Of a DNA stretch of 64,000 nucleotides, positions 10,389 through 19,963 are shown piece by piece. Each line of letters starts with the position of its first letter. The first letter of the stretch is position 1. The notes below the pieces were generated by a model, which was not told the DNA's origin, searched no databases, and saw only the letters and a list, made by a program, of their open reading frames with translations. A program made the position numbers and the translations under genes. This stretch comes from a candidate division FCPU426 bacterium (GTDB lineage: Bacteria; Oederibacteriota; Muellerivitia; Muellerivitales; Muellerivitaceae): the NCBI GenBank assembly GCA_963719085.1, contig CAVRAL010000001.1:128001-192000 (forward strand), given 5' to 3'.

Positions 10389-11099
10389 TTGGAAAAAATC
10401 AAAAACGGCGTTGAGATCGGATTATTCCTCGCATTGACCCTGGGCCTTTATCTTCTGATGGCCTTGACCCTGCCTTTCTTTCAGGAAGCCCACGGTTTAT
10501 TGGTCATGACCGACTGGGCCGATATTTCCCGAAACGCCTCCATCCATACGCTCCTGTTTTTCTCGGCGGCCGCCTGCGCCATTTTGGGAACGCTTCTTTT
10601 AGAATGGATCCCCTCTTTGACGGCGAGCCTGATGGCCAACCTTTGGTCCGTGACTTATTTTTTCATCTGGATTGACGCGGTTTTTTCCTTGTCCCTTCAA
10701 AGCCAGTCGTTGCGTTATCTTTGGGCTTTGGGATTGGGAGTTCTTTTTATTTATATTTTTTTCCTGCTTCTACAAATTCGGGACGGGGCCATTGAAAAAG
10801 CAAAACCCGTGGAATGGAAGCCCAAGCTCGTCGGCCAGTGGCTTTGGGGTTGGATGGGGTTTTATTTCGGCTTGTCCTGCCTGATGACTTACGATTCCTT
10901 GTGGTTTTTGCCCTCCCGGATGGCCCTGGCGTTTGGCGCCATGGCCCTTTGCTTTTTCAATTACCTGTTGTGTCTTTTGTTGAAAAAAGGCGAGGGTCCG
11001 GAGGGGGCGGTCTTTTCCCTGGGGGGGCGCCGATTTTTCACGGCCTGGTTCACGCTATTAACCCTGGTGTGGGTGGCGGAGCGGTTTTTCGGGGTTTGA
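10389..11099 (+). CDS. hypothetical integral membrane protein
   Basis: About seven hydrophobic segments; fills the intergenic gap. Confidence 0.6.
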   Translation: MEKIKNGVEIGLFLALTLGLYLLMALTLPFFQEAHGLLVMTDWADISRNASIHTLLFFSAAACAILGTLLLEWIPSLTASLMANLWSVTYFFIWIDAVFSLSLQSQSLRYLWALGLGVLFIYIFFLLLQIRDGAIEKAKPVEWKPKLVGQWLWGWMGFYFGLSCLMTYDSLWFLPSRMALAFGAMALCFFNYLLCLLLKKGEGPEGAVFSLGGRRFFTAWFTLLTLVWVAERFFGV

Positions 11100-11193
11100 C
11101 CTTTCGGGGATTTTTTGATGAAAGAGCCCCGGTTGAAATGGATGGTCCGGAGATGAAGGTCCGGCCGTGAAACGCGGGTGAAACAGGGGACTG

Positions 11194-13248
11194 ATGGGTA
11201 AAAATGGGTTGTGCTTTTTTGGCGCCGCCGCCATTCTCGGATTGCTGGCTTATGGTCCTTTTGGCTGGAGCGTCAAAGTTTGGATTTTCATCCTTTTGAC
11301 CCTAATCCTTTTTGGGGCGGCTTTCCTTTGGGTTCCCGCGGCGAAAGAGTCGGACGCAGAAAAATTTCTCTCCTCTGAAAAAGGTTTTCCCGCCCCTCCG
11401 ATGGTCTTATTTTGGGTTTTGGCGGTGTTCGCCCTTTTCCTTCGTTTTTTTGATCTGACCGACTTTCACTTTTGGCCGACCGGGGATGAGGGGCTCAACG
11501 GCTTTCTCGCGCTCTCACTTTGCCGGCATTGGTCCTGGCATTTTTTTTACGCCGTGGGAGAACTTCCGCCGCTTTTAACTTGGCTGTTGGCCCTGGGTTA
11601 TCGGCTTTCCACTTCGGCTTTTTTTGCCATTTGGTTTCCGCCAGCCCTTTTTTCCGCGCTGGCCTTGGGGGCGGGCTACGCGGCGGCGCGTCTTTTTTTT
11701 TCCAAAAGCCTGGCGACCCTCTTCGGAATTTTATTAGCGTTCAGCTTCTGGCCGTTGGACTCCGGGCGTTATTGCCATCAAGGCATTTTGGTCCCCTTTT
11801 GGGAGCTCACTTGTTTTTATCTTTTCGGCCGATTCTTAAAGGCTTCCCAAGGGAATCGGGAAAAGTGGGCGCTTTTTTTAGGGCTTTGGACCGGATTGGG
11901 AACGCTGACCTTTCCGTCTTGGCTTTCGGTCCTTCTTTTAGCCATCCTCACCTTTTTACTGACGCAGGTCCGTGATTTTCAAAAGAACTTCAAGCCGATT
12001 TTGGTCTGGGGCCTGGGTTTGTCCTTGGGTGGGCTCCCTTTTGTCTTGGCAGTGCTTCGGGAGGGTTATGGCCACCACTTTTTGGACGCCTCGGCGGCCA
12101 GCGGTTGGTATTCGCCGGCGCATCAATGGATGACCCACGCGTCCTATCTGACCAGTTTCTTTTGGGGGACTGCGCCGGGAGGGGCTTCCTACGGTCCTTT
12201 TTGGGGTGGGATGCTTAATCCGATTTTGGGCGCTGGTTTTTTTCTGGGTTTTTTTGAGCTGCTCCGCTTGCGAAAGATATTTTTTTCGAAATGGTGGGTT
12301 TTGGCCGCGTTTTTTTGCTTTTTGCCCGGCTTGTTGGCCTCGGATTATGTGGAACTGAACCGGGTTCTTCAGGTGATGCCTTTGCTGCTCCTAATGGCCG
12401 CCTTCGGATTTCAACGGCTTTATTTGGATCTGGGCCGCCGGGCCTTGCCGGTAGTTTTGCTGCTGCTGGCCGCCTCTTTCGGTTTGGACATGATTCATTT
12501 GGCCAAGTCACGGACCCCGCTGGTGAAAACCGCTGACGCCAATTACGCGGCTTTCCAGATTTTGGAGGCTCAAAGGCTGAAGGAAGGGCCGGGGCTTATT
12601 TTCAGCGACTTTCTTCTTCTTTCGCATAATCACAGTCTTTCGGCGTGTGTTTATCCCTTCAACGCAGCGGTAAACTCGCGGCTCAACCCGGCCGCGGCTC
12701 GATGGGCCGCCGTGATCGTCAACCCCCACTATGAGCGGTTTCTGGCCGCCCGTTTTCCCGGTTCCAGTTGGGCGAAAACGCCCTTGGAAGACGGGGAAGG
12801 GGGATTGGTTGTGGGGATATTGCCCGTGACGGACGCCAACGAGGGGCTTTTCAGCCGGTGGAAAGAGGCCCATGATTATTTCGGGACCTTAAATTTAGAG
12901 GCTGAACAGGTCGCCAACAGCCAGGCTGAATACCAGAAGACCCTGTCCCAATTGCCCGAAGGTTACGCCTGGGTCGCGGGAGATCCTTTCTTGGAATCCA
13001 TCTATGGCGAGTGGCTGGCTCAATATCATTACGGCGCGGATTATTCAAAAAACATTGAAGTGTTGCGACGGGCCGTGACGCGGGGCTATCCCGCGGCGCA
13101 CTTATATTTTAAGCTGGGCAATTTTCTGTGGGCGGACGGCAAAACGGGGGAAGCGAGGCGGGCTTACGCGCGATCCCTGGCTTTGGATCCGGAAGAAACC
13201 GGGGCCGCCCAGGCCTTGGCCGGTCTTTCGGGGAATGGAAAATTTTAA
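11194..13248 (+). CDS. GT-C fold (ArnT/PMT-like) membrane glycosyltransferase with C-terminal TPR
   Basis: LR....W..GDE in first loop, many TM helices, C-terminal LG...G...EA..AY..SL.LDP TPR. Confidence 0.7.
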   Translation: MGKNGLCFFGAAAILGLLAYGPFGWSVKVWIFILLTLILFGAAFLWVPAAKESDAEKFLSSEKGFPAPPMVLFWVLAVFALFLRFFDLTDFHFWPTGDEGLNGFLALSLCRHWSWHFFYAVGELPPLLTWLLALGYRLSTSAFFAIWFPPALFSALALGAGYAAARLFFSKSLATLFGILLAFSFWPLDSGRYCHQGILVPFWELTCFYLFGRFLKASQGNREKWALFLGLWTGLGTLTFPSWLSVLLLAILTFLLTQVRDFQKNFKPILVWGLGLSLGGLPFVLAVLREGYGHHFLDASAASGWYSPAHQWMTHASYLTSFFWGTAPGGASYGPFWGGMLNPILGAGFFLGFFELLRLRKIFFSKWWVLAAFFCFLPGLLASDYVELNRVLQVMPLLLLMAAFGFQRLYLDLGRRALPVVLLLLAASFGLDMIHLAKSRTPLVKTADANYAAFQILEAQRLKEGPGLIFSDFLLLSHNHSLSACVYPFNAAVNSRLNPAAARWAAVIVNPHYERFLAARFPGSSWAKTPLEDGEGGLVVGILPVTDANEGLFSRWKEAHDYFGTLNLEAEQVANSQAEYQKTLSQLPEGYAWVAGDPFLESIYGEWLAQYHYGADYSKNIEVLRRAVTRGYPAAHLYFKLGNFLWADGKTGEARRAYARSLALDPEETGAAQALAGLSGNGKF

Positions 13249-13327
13249 TTCAACCCAAGAGTCGGTTGTTTTATGATGACAGCGAGAAGTTTATGATCCG
13301 TTGGTTATCTTTCAATTAGGAGTCTAT

Positions 13328-14029
13328 GTGAATGAAATCGCGGCTTCTTTTATTATTTTTTTCCTCCTGATTTTGGGTTTGTGCCGTTCCTGGCGGTATT
13401 TTTGGTGCACTTCCTACGACATCCTTCTCGTGCGTCAATTGGAACCCTGGTTTTGGTTCATTTTTCTTAACCTGGTTTTGAGCGTTTTCAGCAGTCATTT
13501 CGAGTTTTCTTATATTCCGCTGGCGGCTTTGCTTCAACTGGCGCTCAGTACCTGGTTCGCCATTTCGATGAAATGGATCACCCTCGCCTGCTCCCATGAG
13601 CATGTGGTTGCCCAAAAGGTCTGGCTCGGTTCGGAACGGACGGTAAAATTTTGTTACCGTTGCGGCACGCGGATGCCCGGAAGCGTGACGGCGACCGAAT
13701 TAAAAGACTCTTCCTGGCAGCTTTATTTTTTCCAGATGCCGCCCCATCTTTTCGAGTACGCGATTTTCTGGGTAGCCCAGTCCATTATTTTTTTGGTCAT
13801 CCTTTTCCTGGCCCTGCATGTCCTGAAGAAAAACGGTTTCAAGGAAGTGCTGGCCATGATCGCGGTGGTTTTGGTGGTGGCGGCGCCCGCGGGCCTTTAT
13901 TATTGGAACCGGTTCAAACGGTATTTAATGGAATCCCGGGGTCATGTTTGGATGGACGAGTTCAAGCGGTCGTTTATTGTTTGGGCCCTGATTTTGGTGG
14001 GTCTTTTCGTTTTGCTGAAGATCGGCTGA
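13328..14029 (+). CDS. hypothetical membrane protein with Cys/His loop
   Basis: TAGGAG SD before GTG 13328; multiple TM segments; CSHEH...CYRC loop. Confidence 0.6.
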   Translation: MNEIAASFIIFFLLILGLCRSWRYFWCTSYDILLVRQLEPWFWFIFLNLVLSVFSSHFEFSYIPLAALLQLALSTWFAISMKWITLACSHEHVVAQKVWLGSERTVKFCYRCGTRMPGSVTATELKDSSWQLYFFQMPPHLFEYAIFWVAQSIIFLVILFLALHVLKKNGFKEVLAMIAVVLVVAAPAGLYYWNRFKRYLMESRGHVWMDEFKRSFIVWALILVGLFVLLKIG

Positions 14030-14032
14030 CTT

Positions 14033-14479
14033 TTGACCCCGCGCGAGGATTGGATCAGGGAAAACGCGAAGGAAAGGCGCCGTCTTGCGGCGCTGGTCAC
14101 CCCCTTGACCGAAGAGGAGCTGGGACGGCTTTTGCCCAATGGTTGGACGGTGGCCGCGGCCTTGGTTCATCTGGCCTTTTGGGATCTTCGGCAAGTCACC
14201 CTTTTGAGGCGTTGGGTTGAGGAAGGGGTCAAACCCGGAAGCCTGGACGCTGAGGCCATCAATGAGCCCTTAAGCCTTTTGAGCGAGGCCATGCCCTTGG
14301 AAGCTTCCGTCGCCCTGGTTTTGGACGCGGCCGAAACCGTGGACCAGGCGGTGGAAAAACTTTCGCGAGAACAGGTCGATCAATTGGTTGAGATGGGATT
14401 TGAAAGAAACCTTCAGCGCTTTTCACACCGCAAAAATCATTTGGATAAAATCGAGGAAGTTTTAGGCGAAAAAGCCTAA
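14033..14479 (+). CDS. DinB/MDMPI-like helical protein
   Basis: GWTVAAALVHLAFWD and H...H.D.IE pattern. Confidence 0.7.
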   Translation: MTPREDWIRENAKERRRLAALVTPLTEEELGRLLPNGWTVAAALVHLAFWDLRQVTLLRRWVEEGVKPGSLDAEAINEPLSLLSEAMPLEASVALVLDAAETVDQAVEKLSREQVDQLVEMGFERNLQRFSHRKNHLDKIEEVLGEKA

Positions 14480-17400
14480 ATTCTTTGGCGCCGCAGGTCC
14501 AAAGTATGGGGGAAATCCTCGTTGGGCTCTTCCGGTGGCGCGCTGACCCGGCCGCTGACCCGGCTCACCGTCTCAAAACGGGCCTTCCAACGGCTTTCCG
14601 CCTCCTCGTCATTCACCGGCATGAGTTCGTAACTACGCCCGCCCGGGTGAAAGGTGTGGAGGATGCATCCGCCCAATGACAGCTGCCGCTCAGGATCGAT
14701 CAGGTCTAATTCCAAAGTTTGAGTCGCGGGAATATCGGCGTAAAGGGACGTGGGCTGGTCCCAAGATTTGTAGCGAATCCCGGCCACCAGGACCCCCGGG
14801 GTTTGGGTGGGCCTTAAAGGCACCCGGCGGCCGTTGCAAGAAAGCACCAGATTGGGCGGCGCGTCCCTTAAGATCACTTGGATTCTTTCGGTCGAGGCGT
14901 CAATGGCCCGGCTGACCGTGGCGCCCATGGCTTCCTCGCCTAAAACCGGCCAAGGCTCCAAGGCGGTGCGCAGTTCCAATTCCACCCCCTCGATGACTGT
15001 CCGGCCGCATAAGGGAAAGCGAAAATTGAAGTGGGCCCGGAACCACTCGGGGTCAAAAGGAAGCCCTTGCCGCCGTAAGTCATCCAAAACTTCGGTTAGG
15101 TCTTGCCACAGATACCAGGGAAGCATGAATCGGTCATTGAGCGCCGTGCCCCAGCGCACTAACTTATCCGGAAGCGAGGCCGGGTAAAGCCGCGCCACTA
15201 AGGCCCGCACTAAAAGCGTTTGAAGCAAGGCCATGCGGGGATGGGGCGCCATCTCGAAGGCCCGCAGTTCCAGCAACCCCTGGCGGCCGCGAGTGGAGCC
15301 GGGATCAAAAAGTTTATCGATGCAAAATTCGGTCCGGTGGGTATTGCCGCCCACATCCACCAACAAATGACGGAAAAGCCGGTCCAGACGCCAAAAGGGA
15401 ACCTCGCCTTCGGGCGGAATCCGCCGCATGGCGTTTTCGAGTTCATACAAAGCGTCATGCCGGGCTTCGTCCGGCCGGGGCGCCTGGCTGGTGGGGCCCA
15501 CGAAAAGCGACGCGAAAAAATAAGACAGGCTGGGATGTTTCTGCCAATAAGCGATCATGGCGGGGAGCAACCGGGGCTGGCGGAAGAAAGGGCTTTTTTC
15601 AGGAATTGAGGCGCCCATGACCAAATGGCTCCCGCCGCCCGAACCCACCGGCCTTCCATTGATGGTGAATTTGACGGCGGACAGCCCGATCTGCCGGGCT
15701 TCCTCATAAAGGATTTCAAGATTGGACTTCAACGAAGCCCAATCGGAAGAGGGGTGGATATTGACCTCTAAAACCCCCGGATCGGGAGTGATGCGGAAAT
15801 TAAGAAGCCGGGGATCGGCGGGCGGTTCGTAGCCTTCCAAGACCACGCTTAAGTGAAGCGCGGCGGCGGCGGTTTCGACCTGGGCCACCAGCTCCAAAAA
15901 GTTTTCCAAAAGCGAAAGCGGAGGCAGGAAAACATGAATTTTCCCATCCCGGATCTGGGTGCCCAGGGCGGTTCGAACCGCTCCCTTGGATTCATGGGCG
16001 TTTTTATCCGAAGCCGGTTTTGAAAAGCTGTTGAGCCTTTGGCGGGGCAAAAGCGGTTCGGGCTCCACAAAGGGATCCCGGGGAAAGGGCACGGGCTCCA
16101 AGGGTTTGTCCGAGAGGATGGTATCCAGGGGCAGGCGATAGCCTAGCGGTGAATCCCCGGGGATCAGGGTCAATTGATCGGTCGTGAGTTTCCATTCTTC
16201 GCTCACCCAACCTTCTCGCGCGGAACTCCAAGTTAAGGGCAAAACCCAACCGGTGGGCGCGGGCACCACCGGCTCGGTTTTGGGAGGTTTGGCCGATTCT
16301 TTGGAATCCGGGTTCACGGCGGTGGCGGGACCGGATTTAACGGAGGCGGCCGCCGCGGCCGTCTTTACGGCGGGGCTTTCGTAAGCGGGGATGATCCGGG
16401 CCGTGGGCAATCCTAAATCCTGGGCCAGTTTGGCGAGCAGGCCCTGCGCCGCGTTGGCGTGCGCTTTTCCCGGAACCGAGGGGTCGGCCAAAAGGGATTC
16501 ATTGATCCAAACCGGCTCGCCATCCCGGCGCCAAAAACTATTGAGCGACCAGCGGGGCAGCTCCTCGCCCCCGTACCATTTGCCTTGTCCGGTTTGGGCG
16601 AGGGAACCGGGTGAAAAATGTTTCCGGAGCCGGGAAAGCAGTTCCCAGCCTTTTTGAAGTTTTTGTTTGCCCAAGGCCCCGGTCTGCCATTGGACATCGT
16701 CCCGGTTATCCACCGACACGAAAGTAGGCTCGCCGCCCATGGTGAGGCCCACGCCTAAATCATTTAGGCGCTTATCCACGGTTCGGCCCAGTTCATCCAC
16801 GGCTTTCCATTGGTCCTCCGTCAAGGGCTTGGTGGCCCGGGGCGGGTCCGCGATTCGGCAGATCGTCATGGTATGTTCCAAAACGCTTTCACAGGCTTCC
16901 ATTGTGCCGCTGATGGGCGCCGCGCTGACCGGGTGCGGCGTACAGCTTAACGGGATATGGCCTTCTCCCGCGAAGAGCCCCGAAGTGGGATCCAGCCCGA
17001 TCCAACCGGCCCCCGGAATATAAGCTTCCACCCAGGCGTGCAGGTCGGTGAAGTCGGATTCCACTCCCGTGGGACCGGTGACCGGCTTTTCGTCCGCCAC
17101 CAGTTGGATGAGATAACCGGAAGCGAAGCGCGCCGCGATTCCTAAATGCCGGAAAGTTTGACAAGCCAGCCAAGCCAGATCCCGGCAAGAGCCGCTGTTG
17201 AATTGAAGCGTTTGCTCGCAGGTTTGGACACCGGGTTCCAGGCGGACTAAGTAGCGGCTCTGCCGGTTGATGGCTTGATTGACGGTGGCCAAAAGGTCGA
17301 TGGTATTGCGGTTTTGACGGCCGATTTCATTCACGAATTTTTGCAGGAGCGGTCCTGTTTCATCCAGCCTCAGGTAAGGAAGCAAATCTTCCGCCAGGGT

Positions 17401-17724
17401 CTTTTCATATTTAAAGGGAAAGTTGAGATAGTCGCTTTCAATAAAAAAGTCGAAGGGATTGATCCGCTCGAGCGAGGCCCTCAAACCCACCTTCACCTCG
17501 AATTCTTCCGTGGGTTCGGGGAAAACCACCCGGCCCAGGAAGTTGCCGAAAGGATCCTGCTGCCAATTGAGAAAATGGTTTTTGGGGGTGATGCTCAGCG
17601 AGTAAGACAATAGGGGGGTGCGGCAGTGGGCGGCGGGCTTGAGCCGGATCACTTGGGGGCCCAAGCGAACGGAACGATCATATCGATAGCGGGTAATGTG
17701 TTCTAAAAGGACTTGGGTCGCCAT
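14476..17724 (-). CDS. transglutaminase-like domain + DUF2126 putative amidoligase fusion
   Basis: H.TRYRY..V.LGPQVIRL.PA; catalytic GSCRD / DLHAW / GLDPTSG; TMGGEPTFVS, PDPGVLEVNIHP, HRTEFCIDKL, LLELRAFEM. Confidence 0.9.
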   Translation of the reverse strand: MATQVLLEHITRYRYDRSVRLGPQVIRLKPAAHCRTPLLSYSLSITPKNHFLNWQQDPFGNFLGRVVFPEPTEEFEVKVGLRASLERINPFDFFIESDYLNFPFKYEKTLAEDLLPYLRLDETGPLLQKFVNEIGRQNRNTIDLLATVNQAINRQSRYLVRLEPGVQTCEQTLQFNSGSCRDLAWLACQTFRHLGIAARFASGYLIQLVADEKPVTGPTGVESDFTDLHAWVEAYIPGAGWIGLDPTSGLFAGEGHIPLSCTPHPVSAAPISGTMEACESVLEHTMTICRIADPPRATKPLTEDQWKAVDELGRTVDKRLNDLGVGLTMGGEPTFVSVDNRDDVQWQTGALGKQKLQKGWELLSRLRKHFSPGSLAQTGQGKWYGGEELPRWSLNSFWRRDGEPVWINESLLADPSVPGKAHANAAQGLLAKLAQDLGLPTARIIPAYESPAVKTAAAAASVKSGPATAVNPDSKESAKPPKTEPVVPAPTGWVLPLTWSSAREGWVSEEWKLTTDQLTLIPGDSPLGYRLPLDTILSDKPLEPVPFPRDPFVEPEPLLPRQRLNSFSKPASDKNAHESKGAVRTALGTQIRDGKIHVFLPPLSLLENFLELVAQVETAAAALHLSVVLEGYEPPADPRLLNFRITPDPGVLEVNIHPSSDWASLKSNLEILYEEARQIGLSAVKFTINGRPVGSGGGSHLVMGASIPEKSPFFRQPRLLPAMIAYWQKHPSLSYFFASLFVGPTSQAPRPDEARHDALYELENAMRRIPPEGEVPFWRLDRLFRHLLVDVGGNTHRTEFCIDKLFDPGSTRGRQGLLELRAFEMAPHPRMALLQTLLVRALVARLYPASLPDKLVRWGTALNDRFMLPWYLWQDLTEVLDDLRRQGLPFDPEWFRAHFNFRFPLCGRTVIEGVELELRTALEPWPVLGEEAMGATVSRAIDASTERIQVILRDAPPNLVLSCNGRRVPLRPTQTPGVLVAGIRYKSWDQPTSLYADIPATQTLELDLIDPERQLSLGGCILHTFHPGGRSYELMPVNDEEAESRWKARFETVSRVSGRVSAPPEEPNEDFPHTLDLRRQRI

Positions 17725-17780
17725 AATTTTTTTAATTATGAGGGGTTTGCGTAGGGCGTTTCAATAGGTAGAATAGGTTT

Positions 17781-19565
17781 ATGTCCAACTTCTTCTCATT
17801 GTCATTCGACAATGTGGCTTCGCCTTCCTTAAGGTTGAAGGTTTCCCACCAGGGGGAATCGGCCACCGATTGGGGAATGGTCTGGTACGCCGGTGACGAC
17901 GGCCCGGCCAGCCTGGTGCGGGGCTCCGCCGATGGGGCGGAGGACCTGAAAAGGGCGCTCACCGATTGGAACCGTTTCCGCTCCGCCTCCTTTTTCGCCT
18001 TGTCCGGCGAGCGTCAGACCGGCAAAAACACCCCGCCTTTTCTGCGCAGCTACGGCGGACGCCAATTCGTCTTTATCTTCAGCGCCTCCTTGAAGGGCGA
18101 TTTTAAAACCACCTTATCCCTGGGCGGCGATCCCAGCTTTGAGCCTTTGGGCTCCTCGGCCGCCGAACACGCCTTTTGCTGGCTTTTGCACCAGCTCTTT
18201 TTAAAACAAGCCCGCCGCCTGTCCGATGTTTCCTGGAACGATCTTCGCGCCTGGTTTGGCGAGATCAATAACTTGGGGGAGTTGAACTGTGTGCTAAGCG
18301 ACGGCAAGAACCAAGTGGCTTACCGGGACCGGGAGGGCCGGGGCAGTCTTTATGGTTTGCGCCGCCTGCCGCCCCATCCCGAAGGCCATCTGGAAAATGA
18401 GACGCTCGCCATGGATTTGGGCGACGCCCTGGACGCCAATCGAACCCTTTATCTTTTCTCAAATCAACCGCTTTCGAATGAGCCTTGGAACCTTTTAGAA
18501 CCGGGTAGTCTAAGGGCGGTCCGCCGGGGCCGCTTGCTTTTTGACAGCGCCGCGGTGAACACGGAATTCAACCCATCCTGGTCCCTGGTGGGGAATCAGG
18601 TTCAGCAAATGTCGCTGGTGGCGCCCGCCATGCCGCCGTCCCCGGTGAGACGGGGATTTGATAAGTGCGTGATGAATGTGCTGCACGAGACCGTCTACCA
18701 TTACCGCATGCCGGTGGAAAGGTCCCGGCATTTGATCCGCCTGAGGCCCACCCAGGACCGGTTCCAGGAACTTTTGGAATTTAACTTGAATCTTTCCATC
18801 GATGGACGCAAGCAGGAATTTCAGGATGTGTACGGCAACACGACCTTGGAATTGGAAGTGGACCGCTCTTTCACCGAAATGGTGATCCGGGCGTCCTCGC
18901 GGGTGCGTTTGACCGAGGGGCCTACCCGTTGGCTGAACGCCAGCGGCCGCCGCGAGAACCTACCCTTGGTTTGGATGCCCGGCCAGCGTCAAATGATGCT
19001 GCCTTACCTTTTGCCGCCGGAGCTTCCGGAGGCGCAACTAAAAGAACTGACCGATTACGCCATGGGTTTCGCCCAGCGTAACGACATGGATCTTTTCGAT
19101 ACGATCTTGGATATCAACCAAACCCTTCACGACGATTACTCTTATGTGACCGGATCCACCACCAGTGAGACCACGCCTTATGAGGTTTATTCCACCCGCC
19201 GGGGGGTTTGCCAGGATTTCTCCAATCTTTTCATCTGCATGGCCCGACTTTTGAATCTTCCGGCGCGCTACCGGGTGGGCTATATTTATACCGGCGGAAA
19301 TTACGAGAATAAAATTTTGTCCGAGGCTTCGCACGCTTGGGTGGAACTTTATCTGCCTCAAAGCGGCTGGTGCGGGTTTGATCCCACCAACGGGACCGTG
19401 GTGGGGCTGGATCATGTGAGGGTCGCCTGCGGCCGCAATTTCCTCGACGCCACGCCGACCTCCGGAACCATCTTTAAAGGCGGCGGACCCGAAAGCCTGT
19501 CGGTGTCGGTGAAGATTGAGATGGAACCGCCGTCCCAGTTATCCTTTGAAAATTCCCCGGCTTGA
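17781..19565 (+). CDS. degenerate class II glutamine amidotransferase (Ntn)-like domain fused to transglutaminase-like domain
   Basis: N-half: WG..WY, NT.PF.R..GGR, EHAFCWLL, N..LSDG; C-half: GVCQDF / SHAWVE / GFDPTN triad. Confidence 0.82.
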   Translation: MSNFFSLSFDNVASPSLRLKVSHQGESATDWGMVWYAGDDGPASLVRGSADGAEDLKRALTDWNRFRSASFFALSGERQTGKNTPPFLRSYGGRQFVFIFSASLKGDFKTTLSLGGDPSFEPLGSSAAEHAFCWLLHQLFLKQARRLSDVSWNDLRAWFGEINNLGELNCVLSDGKNQVAYRDREGRGSLYGLRRLPPHPEGHLENETLAMDLGDALDANRTLYLFSNQPLSNEPWNLLEPGSLRAVRRGRLLFDSAAVNTEFNPSWSLVGNQVQQMSLVAPAMPPSPVRRGFDKCVMNVLHETVYHYRMPVERSRHLIRLRPTQDRFQELLEFNLNLSIDGRKQEFQDVYGNTTLELEVDRSFTEMVIRASSRVRLTEGPTRWLNASGRRENLPLVWMPGQRQMMLPYLLPPELPEAQLKELTDYAMGFAQRNDMDLFDTILDINQTLHDDYSYVTGSTTSETTPYEVYSTRRGVCQDFSNLFICMARLLNLPARYRVGYIYTGGNYENKILSEASHAWVELYLPQSGWCGFDPTNGTVVGLDHVRVACGRNFLDATPTSGTIFKGGGPESLSVSVKIEMEPPSQLSFENSPA

Positions 19566-19590
19566 CAATAAAAGCGGGGCGGAGTATATT
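19562..19590 (+). promoter_or_regulatory. sigma70-type promoter of the ilv leader
   Basis: TTGACA-17 bp-TATATT, overlapping the stop codon of the upstream gene. Confidence 0.7.
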
Positions 19591-19624
19591 CTCGCCACTA
19601 GCAGTTCAATTTTAGGAGATGACG

Positions 19625-19705
19625 ATGTCCTTCGGAATAGCGGCCAACCTACTTCTTTTAGTCGTATTAGTAGTAAGCTTGCGTCCGGAGGCGGTGCGCT
19701 CCTAA
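19625..19705 (+). CDS. ilv/leu attenuator leader peptide MSFGIAANLLLLVVLVVSLRPEAVRS
   Basis: AGGAG SD; run of Leu/Val codons CTA CTT CTT TTA GTC GTA TTA GTA GTA; followed by terminator, upstream of ilvB. Confidence 0.85.
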   Translation: MSFGIAANLLLLVVLVVSLRPEAVRS

Positions 19706-19718
19706 AGACGGCCAACAG

Positions 19719-19762
19719 GCCGCGGGGCCCGCTTCAGCGGGTCTTCGCGGCTTTTTTGTTTT
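19719..19762 (+). terminator. attenuator terminator
   Basis: GCCGCGGGGCCCGC-TTCA-GCGGGTCTTCGCGGC followed by TTTTTTGTTTT. Confidence 0.85.
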
Positions 19763-19963
19763 AAGGCCCTGATTTCCCGCCAAGCTTCGCAAAAACCCCG
19801 AAAAACAACTTGATTGAGCTGAAAGCCGCCTTTGAATGGGCTATTTGGCCTTTATTTCCACGGAATTAAAGGATGAATAACCTCGAAAATGGCGGAAGTT
19901 ATTGTAAAATCACACTCTTTCGCGTGGGCTAGGCCCCGTGAGCGAAACAGACAGGAGACGATT

